Of a stretch of 64,000 nt of DNA, positions 21,123 through 31,144 are shown piece by piece. Every line of letters starts with the position of its first letter. Within the stretch, counting starts at the first letter, position 1. This DNA is from a virus, in the IMG/VR virus record IMGVR_UViG_3300023273_000760, positions 34,708 through 98,707 of that record; one strand, 5' to 3'. The notes under the pieces are model-generated. The model did no database searches, was not told where the DNA came from, and saw only the letters and a list, made by a program, of their open reading frames with translations. The translations under genes and the position numbers were made by a program.

Positions 21123-22233
21123 CTAATTTCTGATTGTGTATTAATACGTCTTCTATATCTTGTAAGTTACAATCATTATTAGCAATGTGTTCAATTAATT
21201 CAAAAATAGCAATTAACCTATCTGTAGGATTTTCAATACTGTCGTAGTCTTCACTCCACAAACTATCAAATGTTTTAAATCCAAGTTCTTTAATATATTT
21301 TAAAGTATGCGGCGGTCCAACCATAACAAACGGTCTACCATATAACATTGCATTAAATGTTTTTTCACTAAAGTTAGCAGTAGGTTGTGCAAAACGTGTT
21401 TCGTTAACAATAGCACACATACTATCTAAATAAAATGCTTCTAGTCCTCTACCTTGAGGAGCAAACACAGGCCATTGCTTCATGCTGGCATCAGTTGTTT
21501 TTGCATTTTTATAATCTAATACATATGGAATATTTTGATTTAATGTATCGATATTTTGTTTAATTATTGTTTCGTAATTAGTACCACTCCATTTGTCTAG
21601 TTCAATCCAAGTGCGGTCCATTAATAATTCATAGTTAGTTTTAAAGTTCCAACTTAAATAACAATCTTTGTCTACAAGAAATGCAGATAGTAAATGACGA
21701 TGTTTAGTATAACGCCAGTTTGGACAAATAAATTTTTTATTATAATTTAAATCAAGTGTAGTATTACCACCACAAAAGAAATCACGTAAAAATATATCCA
21801 TGCAAAATAAGTTTAATGTTGGATAATTTTTAGCATAATATTTTTGTATATTATAATCTCCTGTATATACATTGATATTTTTAATACTGTTCTTTTGTTG
21901 CCAATTAACAATACTATCTAATTCGTCTGCATAAAGATTATCAAATGTATTAAATTCACTATAGAAATGGTTGTTATGGATCGTATCTTTTATATATGGA
22001 CTAACAGGCTCGTACAAGTAGATATCAACACCCTTACTTAATTTTTTATATGTTTTAGGAGACAGTTCTAAACTGTCAAACTGTTTGATATGATTAGTAC
22101 CTGTGTAAACAAAAGTAGGACGAGTTGTATCTTTTAATAAAGATTCACGGAATAGTTCAGTTAACATTCCTTTATCTTTGTTGCGTATATTTTTCTGTGG
22201 AATATTTTTCCAGAATAAGTCCTGGACAAACAT
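21088..22233 (-). CDS. Glycosyltransferase-like protein (GT10/GT-B-like C-terminus)
   Basis: IVNET...FSEKTF..MLYGRPFVMVG...LGFKTF..E.YD motif. Confidence 0.5.
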   Translation of the reverse strand: MFVQDLFWKNIPQKNIRNKDKGMLTELFRESLLKDTTRPTFVYTGTNHIKQFDSLELSPKTYKKLSKGVDIYLYEPVSPYIKDTIHNNHFYSEFNTFDNLYADELDSIVNWQQKNSIKNINVYTGDYNIQKYYAKNYPTLNLFCMDIFLRDFFCGGNTTLDLNYNKKFICPNWRYTKHRHLLSAFLVDKDCYLSWNFKTNYELLMDRTWIELDKWSGTNYETIIKQNIDTLNQNIPYVLDYKNAKTTDASMKQWPVFAPQGRGLEAFYLDSMCAIVNETRFAQPTANFSEKTFNAMLYGRPFVMVGPPHTLKYIKELGFKTFDSLWSEDYDSIENPTDRLIAIFELIEHIANNDCNLQDIEDVLIHNQKLVSKFYKNCKIL

Positions 22234-22724
22234 TAGTAACTTCCTGTAATTTGTAAAGTGTATCTTGGATCTACGCCAATGTTACTTGCGGCGTGTGGAG
22301 CATCGGCATCCCATAAAACATATTCTCCTGCTTTATAGTTTACAACACCAATACCTTCTACTTCAAAGTAATGACCTGGTTTCCAATCTTCTAAAAATAC
22401 AATAGCACGTCTTACATTTTTTCGTTCTTGATTAAACACACGACAATATGTATTAAAATGATCAACGTGTGTAGGCATAATATCTAATGTATCCATTCTA
22501 TAAAACACAAATCCAGGATTATGTAAATTTAATAATGATGCAACTTTTTCTACCCATTCAGGCATTGGATTTTTACTGTCATACATTTTGCCTGTTGTAG
22601 TAGTATGTGTATATCCTTGTTCACGCCAAGCATCTGCTTCTTCACCTGTAATAGGTTGTCTAACGTAATTAAAATCTTTGAAATCATCATTCCAAAGTTT
22701 GCTAATAATCCCTCTATAAAACAT
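22233..22724 (-). CDS. Fe(II)/2OG-type double-stranded beta-helix dioxygenase
   Basis: HVD...HAASN...RYTLQITG facial-triad pattern. Confidence 0.65.
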   Translation of the reverse strand: MFYRGIISKLWNDDFKDFNYVRQPITGEEADAWREQGYTHTTTTGKMYDSKNPMPEWVEKVASLLNLHNPGFVFYRMDTLDIMPTHVDHFNTYCRVFNQERKNVRRAIVFLEDWKPGHYFEVEGIGVVNYKAGEYVLWDADAPHAASNIGVDPRYTLQITGSY

Positions 22725-23682
22725 CTCTATGTGTATCCAGTGTTACGCAGTGAAATCCACCGCCAAGTGTTCTTTGATGTCTTGTTGGCAACATAGCACA
22801 ATCAATACCTTGTGCTTCAAGAACTTTACGTAGTGGCTCCTGATGTTTCTCAAGTGCTACTAACTTAGTATTTACACTAAACAAGTTCATATTAATCCAT
22901 GTACTTGCATTACACCATTTAGGATAGTGACCGATATCAACAGGTTCAGGACACCATAATATATCCCAGTTTCTAAAAGGTTCTGGCAAATCGTCTTTAC
23001 TTTTAATCCTACTTGGGTTAGCAAGTAATAATCCTTCACGTAAGAATGCTATAGTACTATCAATATGCATATAACTATAAACGTCTTGTAATAAATGCAC
23101 TTTGGCTCTATCACCTAATGCATCTTGCAGTAGTGTTGCACCTAGTTTATTTCCGCTATTACTTACAAGATATAAAACGTGATCGTTAGCACGAATAACA
23201 TTTGCGGCATCGAAAGCAGGTTCAAATTCGTTTAATGCAAGTATGTCTTTATTGCCAATGCAGTCAGTGTTATACAATGCACTTTCGTAATAACAACGTA
23301 TTTCTTTAGGATTATTTAAATGTTTTTCAAATGCTTTCCATTCGCCTTTTCTTGCACGAATAGGCATAGGTGTTGCAAGTGTTAAATCTCCATGTACAAA
23401 TACACTATCTCGAGGACAATAATTATAATAATTACAATCAGTAGCATCTGGCCGTACAACCTCAACTGATTCTCCTTTTAAAAAATCTACAAAAACTTCT
23501 AAATCTTCATTTGCTTCATCGATAACTTGTTGCGGATAAGAGCCTTTAATAATTTCTGTTTCGTCAGATTTATCTGCAAAGTTTACACAGCGTAAACTAA
23601 TATCAATGTCATTTGGAATTTTAGCATTATCTGCAATTCCTACAATTACTTTACGAAGTTGTCCCCATTCGTTACTAGACAT
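22714..23682 (-). CDS. Amidinotransferase (pentein family; glycine or inosamine-phosphate amidinotransferase-like)
   Basis: NEWGQLRKVIVG, CPRD, FDAA, HIDST and GGGFHCVTLD with the Asp-His-Cys triad. Confidence 0.9.
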   Translation of the reverse strand: MSSNEWGQLRKVIVGIADNAKIPNDIDISLRCVNFADKSDETEIIKGSYPQQVIDEANEDLEVFVDFLKGESVEVVRPDATDCNYYNYCPRDSVFVHGDLTLATPMPIRARKGEWKAFEKHLNNPKEIRCYYESALYNTDCIGNKDILALNEFEPAFDAANVIRANDHVLYLVSNSGNKLGATLLQDALGDRAKVHLLQDVYSYMHIDSTIAFLREGLLLANPSRIKSKDDLPEPFRNWDILWCPEPVDIGHYPKWCNASTWINMNLFSVNTKLVALEKHQEPLRKVLEAQGIDCAMLPTRHQRTLGGGFHCVTLDTHRDVL

Positions 23683-24355
23683 ATGATTTACGTCCTTCCC
23701 AATGTTCTAAAATTAAATCTTCTAATTCAAGATTACTCATTCGAGAATTTTCGCCTTTTAATTGTTGAATAATTATTTCCATGTTAGAACACCAGTCTTT
23801 TGTTGATTGTTTTAAATGATATCCAAGACTTGGATAAATTGTATTTTCCACATAATCCATATGTTCTAGTACACTAGGGTGTGAGTCATCTTGATATACG
23901 CATTTTGTTTTAGGAAATATATTATTTGAACCTGGCAAATGATTTGGAACACTTGTAATATGCCCATTAAAAATATCTTGTGTAAATTGTTTTATATAAG
24001 CATTGCCTTGTAATATAGCAGTTTCGTTTCTTATGTCGTCGTTTTCTACACTCCAGTGTTTTTGTAGGTATTCGTTTGAATAATAATCACTGTTTAGTAT
24101 GTTGCCTTCAGTAATCCATTTTTCGTCTTTAAGTAAATCAACTCTAGTCCAACTACTCCAAACTATACAAATAATATCTTCTGTCTGAAAACTATGTTTG
24201 CGATTTGCTTCCACTAGTCTACAAGCAATGCCCTGATTCCCCATACCTGCTTTTCCATAGTTATGATTTTCACAGCCTAAATCTTTTGCAACAATATCAC
24301 TCCATGTAGGCCAAATGTATTCGGTATACGAGCAACCAAAAGTAAACAATCTCAT
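23675..24355 (-). CDS. SGNH/GDSL-like hydrolase or acyltransferase
   Basis: LFTFGCSYT block I, G.AGMGN block II, DDSHP block V. Confidence 0.6.
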   Translation of the reverse strand: MRLFTFGCSYTEYIWPTWSDIVAKDLGCENHNYGKAGMGNQGIACRLVEANRKHSFQTEDIICIVWSSWTRVDLLKDEKWITEGNILNSDYYSNEYLQKHWSVENDDIRNETAILQGNAYIKQFTQDIFNGHITSVPNHLPGSNNIFPKTKCVYQDDSHPSVLEHMDYVENTIYPSLGYHLKQSTKDWCSNMEIIIQQLKGENSRMSNLELEDLILEHWEGRKSYV

Positions 24356-24936
24356 TTAAAAACATCCATATCTGGCAGATACGGATAATCATCACTACTC
24401 CATATTTTGCCTTTTTCTAAATCGTTAATTTTATCTAAACCAAGTTGTGCAGTTTCTGGAGTCATATAATAATGATATCCTACAAATTTAATATTTTGTT
24501 CCGCCCAAGGTTTGTCGTCTGTTCGTCCATCATATGCCATTTGTTTTAGAATATTATAATCTCTCTCACTAGGACAAAGTATTGCACCGCCTCTGCCTAA
24601 ACTTAATGCTTTTTTATATTGAAAACTTAAACACATAAACATATTATTAATGTATGAGTGTCTTTCAAACATTGTAGCCGCATCGATTATTCTTGTATTA
24701 CCTAGAGGATAAGATCTAGTCCATTCAATGTCTTGAAATTCCCAATCAAGGCCGAGTTTTTCTAAGGTAAAGGGTATGCTAATATATGTCCTACTTGGAA
24801 CAGTAATTTTAGTTTGTGGCTGTAAGTATCTTAGGCTCAACTCAATAGCATGAGTGCAACTATCTACAGCAACAGCATAAGGAGAACCATAGTACTCTGC
24901 TATTGCTTTTTCAAATTTATTGACGGTTTCAAACAT
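24352..24936 (-). CDS. DegT/DnrJ/EryC1/StrS-family PLP aminotransferase (short form)
   Basis: YAVAVDSCTHAIELSL, IIDAA, SFQYKK (PLP Lys), GRGGAI. Confidence 0.85.
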   Translation of the reverse strand: MFETVNKFEKAIAEYYGSPYAVAVDSCTHAIELSLRYLQPQTKITVPSRTYISIPFTLEKLGLDWEFQDIEWTRSYPLGNTRIIDAATMFERHSYINNMFMCLSFQYKKALSLGRGGAILCPSERDYNILKQMAYDGRTDDKPWAEQNIKFVGYHYYMTPETAQLGLDKINDLEKGKIWSSDDYPYLPDMDVFK

Positions 24937-24941
24937 ACACA

Positions 24942-24949
24942 TATTTATA
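24942..24949 (-). promoter_or_regulatory. T4 late promoter consensus TATAAATA, 5 nt before ATG
   Basis: Minus strand TATAAATAtgtgtATG. Confidence 0.65.
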
Positions 24950-24959
24950 TACGCAGATA

Positions 24960-24966
24960 ATAAGTA
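24960..24966 (+). promoter_or_regulatory. Late-type box ATAAGTA, 5 nt before GTG 24972
   Basis: ATAAGTAtaagtGTG; same geometry as the box before 51155. Confidence 0.45.
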
Positions 24967-24971
24967 TAAGT

Positions 24972-25919
24972 GTGAGTGAAATGAGTTATAACAACATCGT
25001 TATGTGGTCAAAGCATTGGAGTCTAACCAACTTCTTGAAGACTATTGACAATAATCCAAATTCTAATATTGTAATATTAGGTGCAGAAGAATTTAGTATG
25101 TTAGGTTGGGAAAATTATCCTAATCAAAAAAAAGTTAATAAGCATATTAAAGGAAAGAATGTTCATTTTGTTGCAGGACATTTTGGAGGCAACAATAACT
25201 TTTGGCCTAAGTATGGAAATTTGATTGTTTGGAAAAGTTTTTGGCCGGCAAACACAGTTTACGAATTTAACAAATTTAATCATTCAATTTCTAATAAAGA
25301 TATATCAATTCCATTTATTAGTATGAACAACCAACCTTGGCAACATCGTTGTCTAATGATGGATACACTTGCAAAACATAACTTAATTGATAAGGGTAGT
25401 ATTAGTTGGAATAATCTTATTAATGATTATGATTGGAAGTATTGGAAACAAGAACGATTAATTATTGATAAAGAGTATGCTAGTACAACTGCTCAATACA
25501 GTACGTTGCCAAATGATTATAATTTTAGTTTAGTAAGTCTAGTTAATGAATCAACAATGGAAACAATGTTTCCTACAGAAAAGACTTACGCTCCTATATA
25601 TTATAAGAAACCATTTTTGGTTTTTAGTGTACAAAACTATCACAAGATGTTAAGTGAAGAATTTGGATTTGAAATGTATGATGAATTATTTGATTATAGT
25701 TTTGATTCAGAGCCAAATCAAGAAAAACGTGCAGATATGATTGCAATTCAAATTAGAAATTTAGTTAATCAAAACTATAACGATCTTTATAAAAAGGTTG
25801 CACAAAAAGTAGAAAGAAACTATAATAAACTAATAGATATTAGTTTAGATAAAAGTCGTGTTCCAAAAATTGTATTGGAATGCGGTGCGTATAAAAAATT
25901 AATTGAGGTTATGAAATGA
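24972..25919 (+). CDS. Glycosyltransferase-like protein (GT10/GT-B-like C-terminus)
   Basis: LVNES...FPTEKT...KKPFLV...GFEMYDELFDYSFD; paralogue of 21088. Confidence 0.5.
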   Translation: MSEMSYNNIVMWSKHWSLTNFLKTIDNNPNSNIVILGAEEFSMLGWENYPNQKKVNKHIKGKNVHFVAGHFGGNNNFWPKYGNLIVWKSFWPANTVYEFNKFNHSISNKDISIPFISMNNQPWQHRCLMMDTLAKHNLIDKGSISWNNLINDYDWKYWKQERLIIDKEYASTTAQYSTLPNDYNFSLVSLVNESTMETMFPTEKTYAPIYYKKPFLVFSVQNYHKMLSEEFGFEMYDELFDYSFDSEPNQEKRADMIAIQIRNLVNQNYNDLYKKVAQKVERNYNKLIDISLDKSRVPKIVLECGAYKKLIEVMK

Positions 25920-27109
25920 GTATTATTGGATATATTGGTGTAGGTAAATTAGGTGTACCCTGTGCTGAGGAAATTGTTAAGAAAGGTCATAAAGTAAATG
26001 GATATGACATTTCGCCAATTGTTTCTGATTTAATTAATCAGAAAGACACTATTGAAGAAACTGTTAAAGATGCTGATATTGTATTTGTTGCTGTTCCAAC
26101 ACCTCACGATCCTGCATATGATGGGAAACGTCCGACAAGTCATTTAGAACCTAAGGATTTTAATTACGACATTGTTAATACAGTATTAGAAGAGGCAAAC
26201 AAATATATGAATAAAAAACAGTTGCTTGTTTTAATATCAACTGTATTACCTGGAACAACACGTAGAGAATTTGTACAACGTGTAACTAATACTAGATTTG
26301 TTTATAATCCTTACTTAATTGCAATGGGTACTGTAGGTTGGGATATGATTAATCCCGAGATGATTATGATCGGTACTGACGACGGTAGTGAAACTGGCGA
26401 TGCAAAACAGTTACGTGATTTTTATGATACCATAATGGAAAATAATCCTCGTTATGTAATTGGAACATATGATGAGTGCGAATGTATCAAAGTATTTTAT
26501 AACACATTTATTTCAACAAAACTAAGTCTTGTTAATATGATTCAAGATGTAGCCGAACGTCAAGGAAATATTAATGTTGACGTAGTTACTAAAGCACTTG
26601 CTGAATCAACAATGCGTATTATGAGTGATCGTTATATGACAGCCGGCATGGGAGATGGCGGAAGTTGCCATCCAAGAGATAACATCGCTTTACGTTTTAT
26701 GGCAAAAGAACTTAATCTTGATTATGATATATTTGATAGCATTATGACAGCAAGAGAAGTGCAAGCAAAGAACCTTGCTAAATTTGTTGTTAAAACAAAA
26801 GAGAAATATGGTGGAAGTATTTTGTTAAATGGAGTTTCTTACAAACCGGGTGTTTCTTATACTGACGGAAGTTATGCATTATTAGTAGATTACTACATTC
26901 GAGAACTGGGTGAATCGGCAATTTACATTGATCCGTTAGTATCTGAAATCCCAAGTAGTGCATACAATCCTACTGGAGTAATTTTATTGTGCCATCCAGA
27001 ACCATATGTAGAGTATGGAACAGATTCTGTGTTTATCGACCCTTGGAGACAAATGAAACCTGACTCTAACTATATGGTTATTCATTACGGGAATACAAGA
27101 AAGAAATGA
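25916..27109 (+). CDS. UDP-glucose/GDP-mannose dehydrogenase family protein
   Basis: IGVGKLG Rossmann motif, FVAVPTP, STVLPGTT, K..YNTF and GDGGSCHPRD with catalytic Cys. Confidence 0.9.
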   Translation: MSIIGYIGVGKLGVPCAEEIVKKGHKVNGYDISPIVSDLINQKDTIEETVKDADIVFVAVPTPHDPAYDGKRPTSHLEPKDFNYDIVNTVLEEANKYMNKKQLLVLISTVLPGTTRREFVQRVTNTRFVYNPYLIAMGTVGWDMINPEMIMIGTDDGSETGDAKQLRDFYDTIMENNPRYVIGTYDECECIKVFYNTFISTKLSLVNMIQDVAERQGNINVDVVTKALAESTMRIMSDRYMTAGMGDGGSCHPRDNIALRFMAKELNLDYDIFDSIMTAREVQAKNLAKFVVKTKEKYGGSILLNGVSYKPGVSYTDGSYALLVDYYIRELGESAIYIDPLVSEIPSSAYNPTGVILLCHPEPYVEYGTDSVFIDPWRQMKPDSNYMVIHYGNTRKK

Positions 27110-27927
27110 TTTATTCAAAGTCTAAACCTTTATTATATTTTGAGGAAGTTGCAGGAAAGTCATTACATTGGTATTGCGGAGATGATTCTGAAAACTATGT
27201 AATACATAATAAACCAGATTGGAAATATTATTCTACTGCTGACAAGTTAGATTACACTTTTAATAGTTTAGGTTATAGAACTAAAGAGTTAGACAAATTA
27301 GATAATGACTATATTCTTGTTTTTGGATGTAGTTATACTGAAGGCGTTGGGTTATTTGAAAACGAACTATGGTGTAATATATTAGGTAAAGATTTAAACA
27401 TTGACGTTGTTAACTTAGCCAAAGCAGGTACTGGACCTGACATTATTAATATTAACACACAATTATTTGTTAAAAATAAATTTGTTAAACCTCGTGCAGT
27501 TGTAATACAATGGCCACAAGCATCAAGAAAAAGTTTTGGTTATATAGAACGTGAAGGACTATTTAAAAAAGCAATTAGATTAGAAGATAGAAATATTCAA
27601 TGGTCTAATGTTTTAGACGAACCGGCTGACACTTACGAAATGTTAGATTCTCAGTGGTATTTTAAACGTTGGGCGTTAGAAGACGGTCAAATGTTATTTG
27701 AAAATAGTTTACATATTAATAGTGTAAACAACTTATGGAACGCACTAGGCGTTCCAGTCTTTCATTGGACCTTCCAAGGAGACTTTGCTACTTCTTATGA
27801 TAAGGATATGTTTGCTAAACTTAATTTAAAAAATGAAGATAGAGCCAGAGACAATGCACATGACGGTCCGTTGATTCATCAGGAAGTAGTAGATAAAATT
27901 AGGGATAACGTAAGATGTATGATATAG
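27106..27927 (+). CDS. SGNH-like hydrolase/acyltransferase
   Basis: FNSLGYR, VFGCSYTEGVG, NLAKAG, RDNAH. Confidence 0.6.
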   Translation: MIYSKSKPLLYFEEVAGKSLHWYCGDDSENYVIHNKPDWKYYSTADKLDYTFNSLGYRTKELDKLDNDYILVFGCSYTEGVGLFENELWCNILGKDLNIDVVNLAKAGTGPDIININTQLFVKNKFVKPRAVVIQWPQASRKSFGYIEREGLFKKAIRLEDRNIQWSNVLDEPADTYEMLDSQWYFKRWALEDGQMLFENSLHINSVNNLWNALGVPVFHWTFQGDFATSYDKDMFAKLNLKNEDRARDNAHDGPLIHQEVVDKIRDNVRCMI

Positions 27928-28601
27928 TTTTTATTAGTTATGGTGAGCCTCATGCTGATCAGAACTTTGAATTTTTAAAAAGTAAATTTCCAATGGCAAA
28001 GCGTGTAAAAGATATAGAAGGAATACATCAAGCACATATACTTGCGGCAAAGAAATGTTTTACTAAAATGTTTTGGGTAGTGGATGGCGATGCAGTATTG
28101 CAAAACGATTTTAATTTTGATTACGAGGTTTCCGAGTGGGATTTAGAAACAGTTCATGTATGGAGAAGTCTAAATCCTGTAAACAACTTGGAATATGGAT
28201 ACGGTGGGGTTAAACTTCTCCCTAGATCACTCACACTGAACATGGACACCACCGTACCCGACATGACAACAAGTATTAGTAGTAAGTTTAAAGCAATGCC
28301 TGAAATAAGCAACATGACTGTTTTTGACACCGACGAGTTTGCAACTTGGAAGAGTGCGTTTAGAGAATGTGCAAAATTAGCAAGTAGATCTATTAAAGGC
28401 CAAGTAGATGAAGAAACAGAAAAGCGTTTAGAAACTTGGTGTACTGTAGGAAACGGACAATACGGCAAATATGCTATTCATGGTGCTCTAATAGGAAAAC
28501 ATTGGGGAGAACAATATAAAGATGACAAAGAAATGTTATATAAAATTAATGATTTTAAATGGTTAAAAGAACAATTTAATGACTATAGCGATTCCATTTA
28601 A
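27915..28601 (+). CDS. GT2-like glycosyltransferase
   Basis: DIVFISY..GIHQAH..FWVVDGD..YGYGGVKL..WKSAFRE. Confidence 0.6.
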   Translation: MYDIVFISYGEPHADQNFEFLKSKFPMAKRVKDIEGIHQAHILAAKKCFTKMFWVVDGDAVLQNDFNFDYEVSEWDLETVHVWRSLNPVNNLEYGYGGVKLLPRSLTLNMDTTVPDMTTSISSKFKAMPEISNMTVFDTDEFATWKSAFRECAKLASRSIKGQVDEETEKRLETWCTVGNGQYGKYAIHGALIGKHWGEQYKDDKEMLYKINDFKWLKEQFNDYSDSI

Positions 28602-29553
28602 AGATATTAACAAGTTCGGTCAACGCACAATGTTAGACACACAGTTGTTTAATGTTAGTTGGATACTTGGACGTTTTTGTAATTACAAATGTAGTTACTG
28701 CTGGCCATATGCTAATACAGATAAACCTGATCATCAAGACTTAACCGTTTATAAAAATACTATTGATGAAATAAAACGTCAAGCACGAGAAAATGGATTC
28801 ACTGATTTTCATTTTAGTTTTAGCGGAGGAGAACCTACTGCCTATAAATACTTTGGGGAGATTATAGATCATTACTGTAGTGATACAGTACCTGAATATC
28901 AAAGTATACACATGACTACAAATTTGTCACCGGGCAGTAAGTGGTGGAATACTTTTATAAAGAATACTAAGAGTTTACAACGTCGAAGTGTTACAGCAAG
29001 TTTCCATGCAGAGTTTGCTAATGAACAAGAGTTTGGAGATAAATGTCTTCAATTAATGAAGGACGGAGTATATGTTACAATTAATCAAGTTATGGTTCCA
29101 GAGCAGTTTGACGAGTATCTTGAAAGATGTCAAAGATTTGCCGACAGAGGAATCAATGTTACGGTTAAGCCGCAATCAGATCCTACTGCGTCATTTGTGG
29201 TCAATAGTTACACGGAAGAACAGTTAAAAATTATGCAACAAGGATTTCCACAACATATACAAGATGAGGAAGTCTATCAGATTAAATTAACAGATGGCAT
29301 AAAGGAATATTATTTAGATCAAGCAGAACGCTTTAATGCTTTTGACTTTAACAAGTTTAAAGGTTGGACTTGCAATGCAGGGTATCAAAGTTGTATTATA
29401 CGCGGTAATGAAGTTAAGAGAGCATACAGTTGTAAGGAAGAACCCTTAGGCACGCTACAAGACGGTTTTACGCTGTTTAAAGCACCATCTAAGTGCGTTA
29501 CTGATACTTGTGTAAGTAGTGCAGATAGCAAAATACCAAAGGTTCAACGATGA
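28579..29553 (+). CDS. Radical SAM protein with C-terminal Cys cluster
   Basis: CNYKCSYC, SGGEPT; C-terminal FKGWTCNAG...C...C....C. Confidence 0.9.
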   Translation: MTIAIPFKDINKFGQRTMLDTQLFNVSWILGRFCNYKCSYCWPYANTDKPDHQDLTVYKNTIDEIKRQARENGFTDFHFSFSGGEPTAYKYFGEIIDHYCSDTVPEYQSIHMTTNLSPGSKWWNTFIKNTKSLQRRSVTASFHAEFANEQEFGDKCLQLMKDGVYVTINQVMVPEQFDEYLERCQRFADRGINVTVKPQSDPTASFVVNSYTEEQLKIMQQGFPQHIQDEEVYQIKLTDGIKEYYLDQAERFNAFDFNKFKGWTCNAGYQSCIIRGNEVKRAYSCKEEPLGTLQDGFTLFKAPSKCVTDTCVSSADSKIPKVQR

Positions 29554-30158
29554 AAATAGATATCGAAGACATAAAATTTTGGATGGATGCAATTCGTAAC
29601 AGCGAAGATAGAGATAGAATGCTAGATAGTTTTTGGGGAGGACAACTATTTTCTAAAAGATGGTTAGTAGAGCATTTAGAAAAAATTTGTAGAATTCAAA
29701 ATGCAAGTATAGTAATTCATGGCGGCTGGAATGGTGTATTAGCAAGTATGCTTTTTAATAGTAGTGTAGGTATTAAACGTATTATCAGTGTTGACATTGA
29801 TCCTAAGTGTGAACAAATTGCATATACTATTAATAAAAGACATGAAATTGATGGAAAATTTAAAGCAGTAACTTGTGATATGGCAGAATATGAATATGAG
29901 TTCCATCCTGATATTATTATTAATACTAGTTGTGAACATATTACACAAGAAACTTATGACAAGTGGTTAGAAAATATTCCTAACACTCCTACAATTATAT
30001 TACAAAGTAATAATTATAATAAGTTAGAAGAACATATTAATTGTGTTAATAGTATTGAAGAGTTTAAAGATAAATCTAATTTACATGATGTAACAGGCTT
30101 AGAATATAAACCACCTCATGTTGAATACACACGATTTATGTTAGTAGGAAGACCTTAA
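29550..30158 (+). CDS. Class I SAM-dependent methyltransferase-like protein
   Basis: IVIHGGWNG motif I, SVDID, DIIINTSCEH. Confidence 0.65.
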   Translation: MKIDIEDIKFWMDAIRNSEDRDRMLDSFWGGQLFSKRWLVEHLEKICRIQNASIVIHGGWNGVLASMLFNSSVGIKRIISVDIDPKCEQIAYTINKRHEIDGKFKAVTCDMAEYEYEFHPDIIINTSCEHITQETYDKWLENIPNTPTIILQSNNYNKLEEHINCVNSIEEFKDKSNLHDVTGLEYKPPHVEYTRFMLVGRP

Positions 30159-31144
30159 TGTATAAACTAAACGAAATACGAGCAATCCATTTAGAAGTTA
30201 CATCAAAGTGTCAAGCCTCTTGTCCTATGTGTGCTAGAAATTTACAAGGCGGCATACTAAATCCCTTCCTTAAATTAAACGAAGTTGATCTAGGAACTTT
30301 TGTTAACTGGATACCGAGAGATATTGTACGTCAACTAGATCGTTTGTATATGTGTGGTAACTTTGGCGATCCTATTATTGCAAAAGATACACTTGAAATA
30401 TTTAAGTATCTACGTGAAACAAACGAGTCAATTAATTTAAGTATGAATACAAACGGCAGTGCTAGAGATCCTAAATGGTTTAAAGACCTTGCTAAACTAA
30501 ATGTACGTGTTCGATTTGGTATTGACGGATTACAAGATACACATAGCAAATATCGCATTGGTACAGACTGGAATAAAATTATAGAAAACGCAAGGGCATT
30601 TATTAATGCTGGTGGATATGCTATTTGGGATATGTTAATTTTTAGTCATAATGCTCATCAAGTTGATGCTTGTAGAGATCTAGCAGGTACAATAGGCTTT
30701 AAAGAATTTTATAGTAAAAATACAAGTAGGTTTAGAGATGACGAATTACCTGTACTTGATAAAAATGGAAAACAAGTAGATGTATTATATCCAACAGAAA
30801 AAAGTACAGAACAAAAAGATAAAATTAAACAAGTAAAAGCCTCAGAAGAAGTTTGTACTATCAAATGTAAAGTAAAAGAAGAACGTGCAATTTATATAGG
30901 TGCTAATGGAAACTTATTACCTTGTTGCTGGCTGGACCATGATTATATACAACCTACATCAACAAGTAGAATTGACTTTTTAAATCATTTTGCAAATTAC
31001 CCTAATTTGCATAGGAATACTATGCAAGAAGTGTTTTCTTCAAACTTCTTTAATAAAATAGAACAAGGTTGGAAAACTAATCCATTAAAAGAATGTAAAA
31101 AACAGTGTGGAACATATGACAGATTCAAAGAACAATTCAACTAA
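30158..31144 (+). CDS. Radical SAM/SPASM-like protein
   Basis: CQASCPMC, CGNFGDP; C-terminal C...LPCC...C...C. Confidence 0.9.
   Translation: MYKLNEIRAIHLEVTSKCQASCPMCARNLQGGILNPFLKLNEVDLGTFVNWIPRDIVRQLDRLYMCGNFGDPIIAKDTLEIFKYLRETNESINLSMNTNGSARDPKWFKDLAKLNVRVRFGIDGLQDTHSKYRIGTDWNKIIENARAFINAGGYAIWDMLIFSHNAHQVDACRDLAGTIGFKEFYSKNTSRFRDDELPVLDKNGKQVDVLYPTEKSTEQKDKIKQVKASEEVCTIKCKVKEERAIYIGANGNLLPCCWLDHDYIQPTSTSRIDFLNHFANYPNLHRNTMQEVFSSNFFNKIEQGWKTNPLKECKKQCGTYDRFKEQFN

Noticed and set aside
22714-23682. Amidinotransferase as an archaeosine (G+) synthase for the queE/folE pathway
   Set aside because: Known G+ synthases (ArcS, QueF-like, GAT-QueC) belong to other families; this gene is about 38 kb away in a late sugar-type cassette
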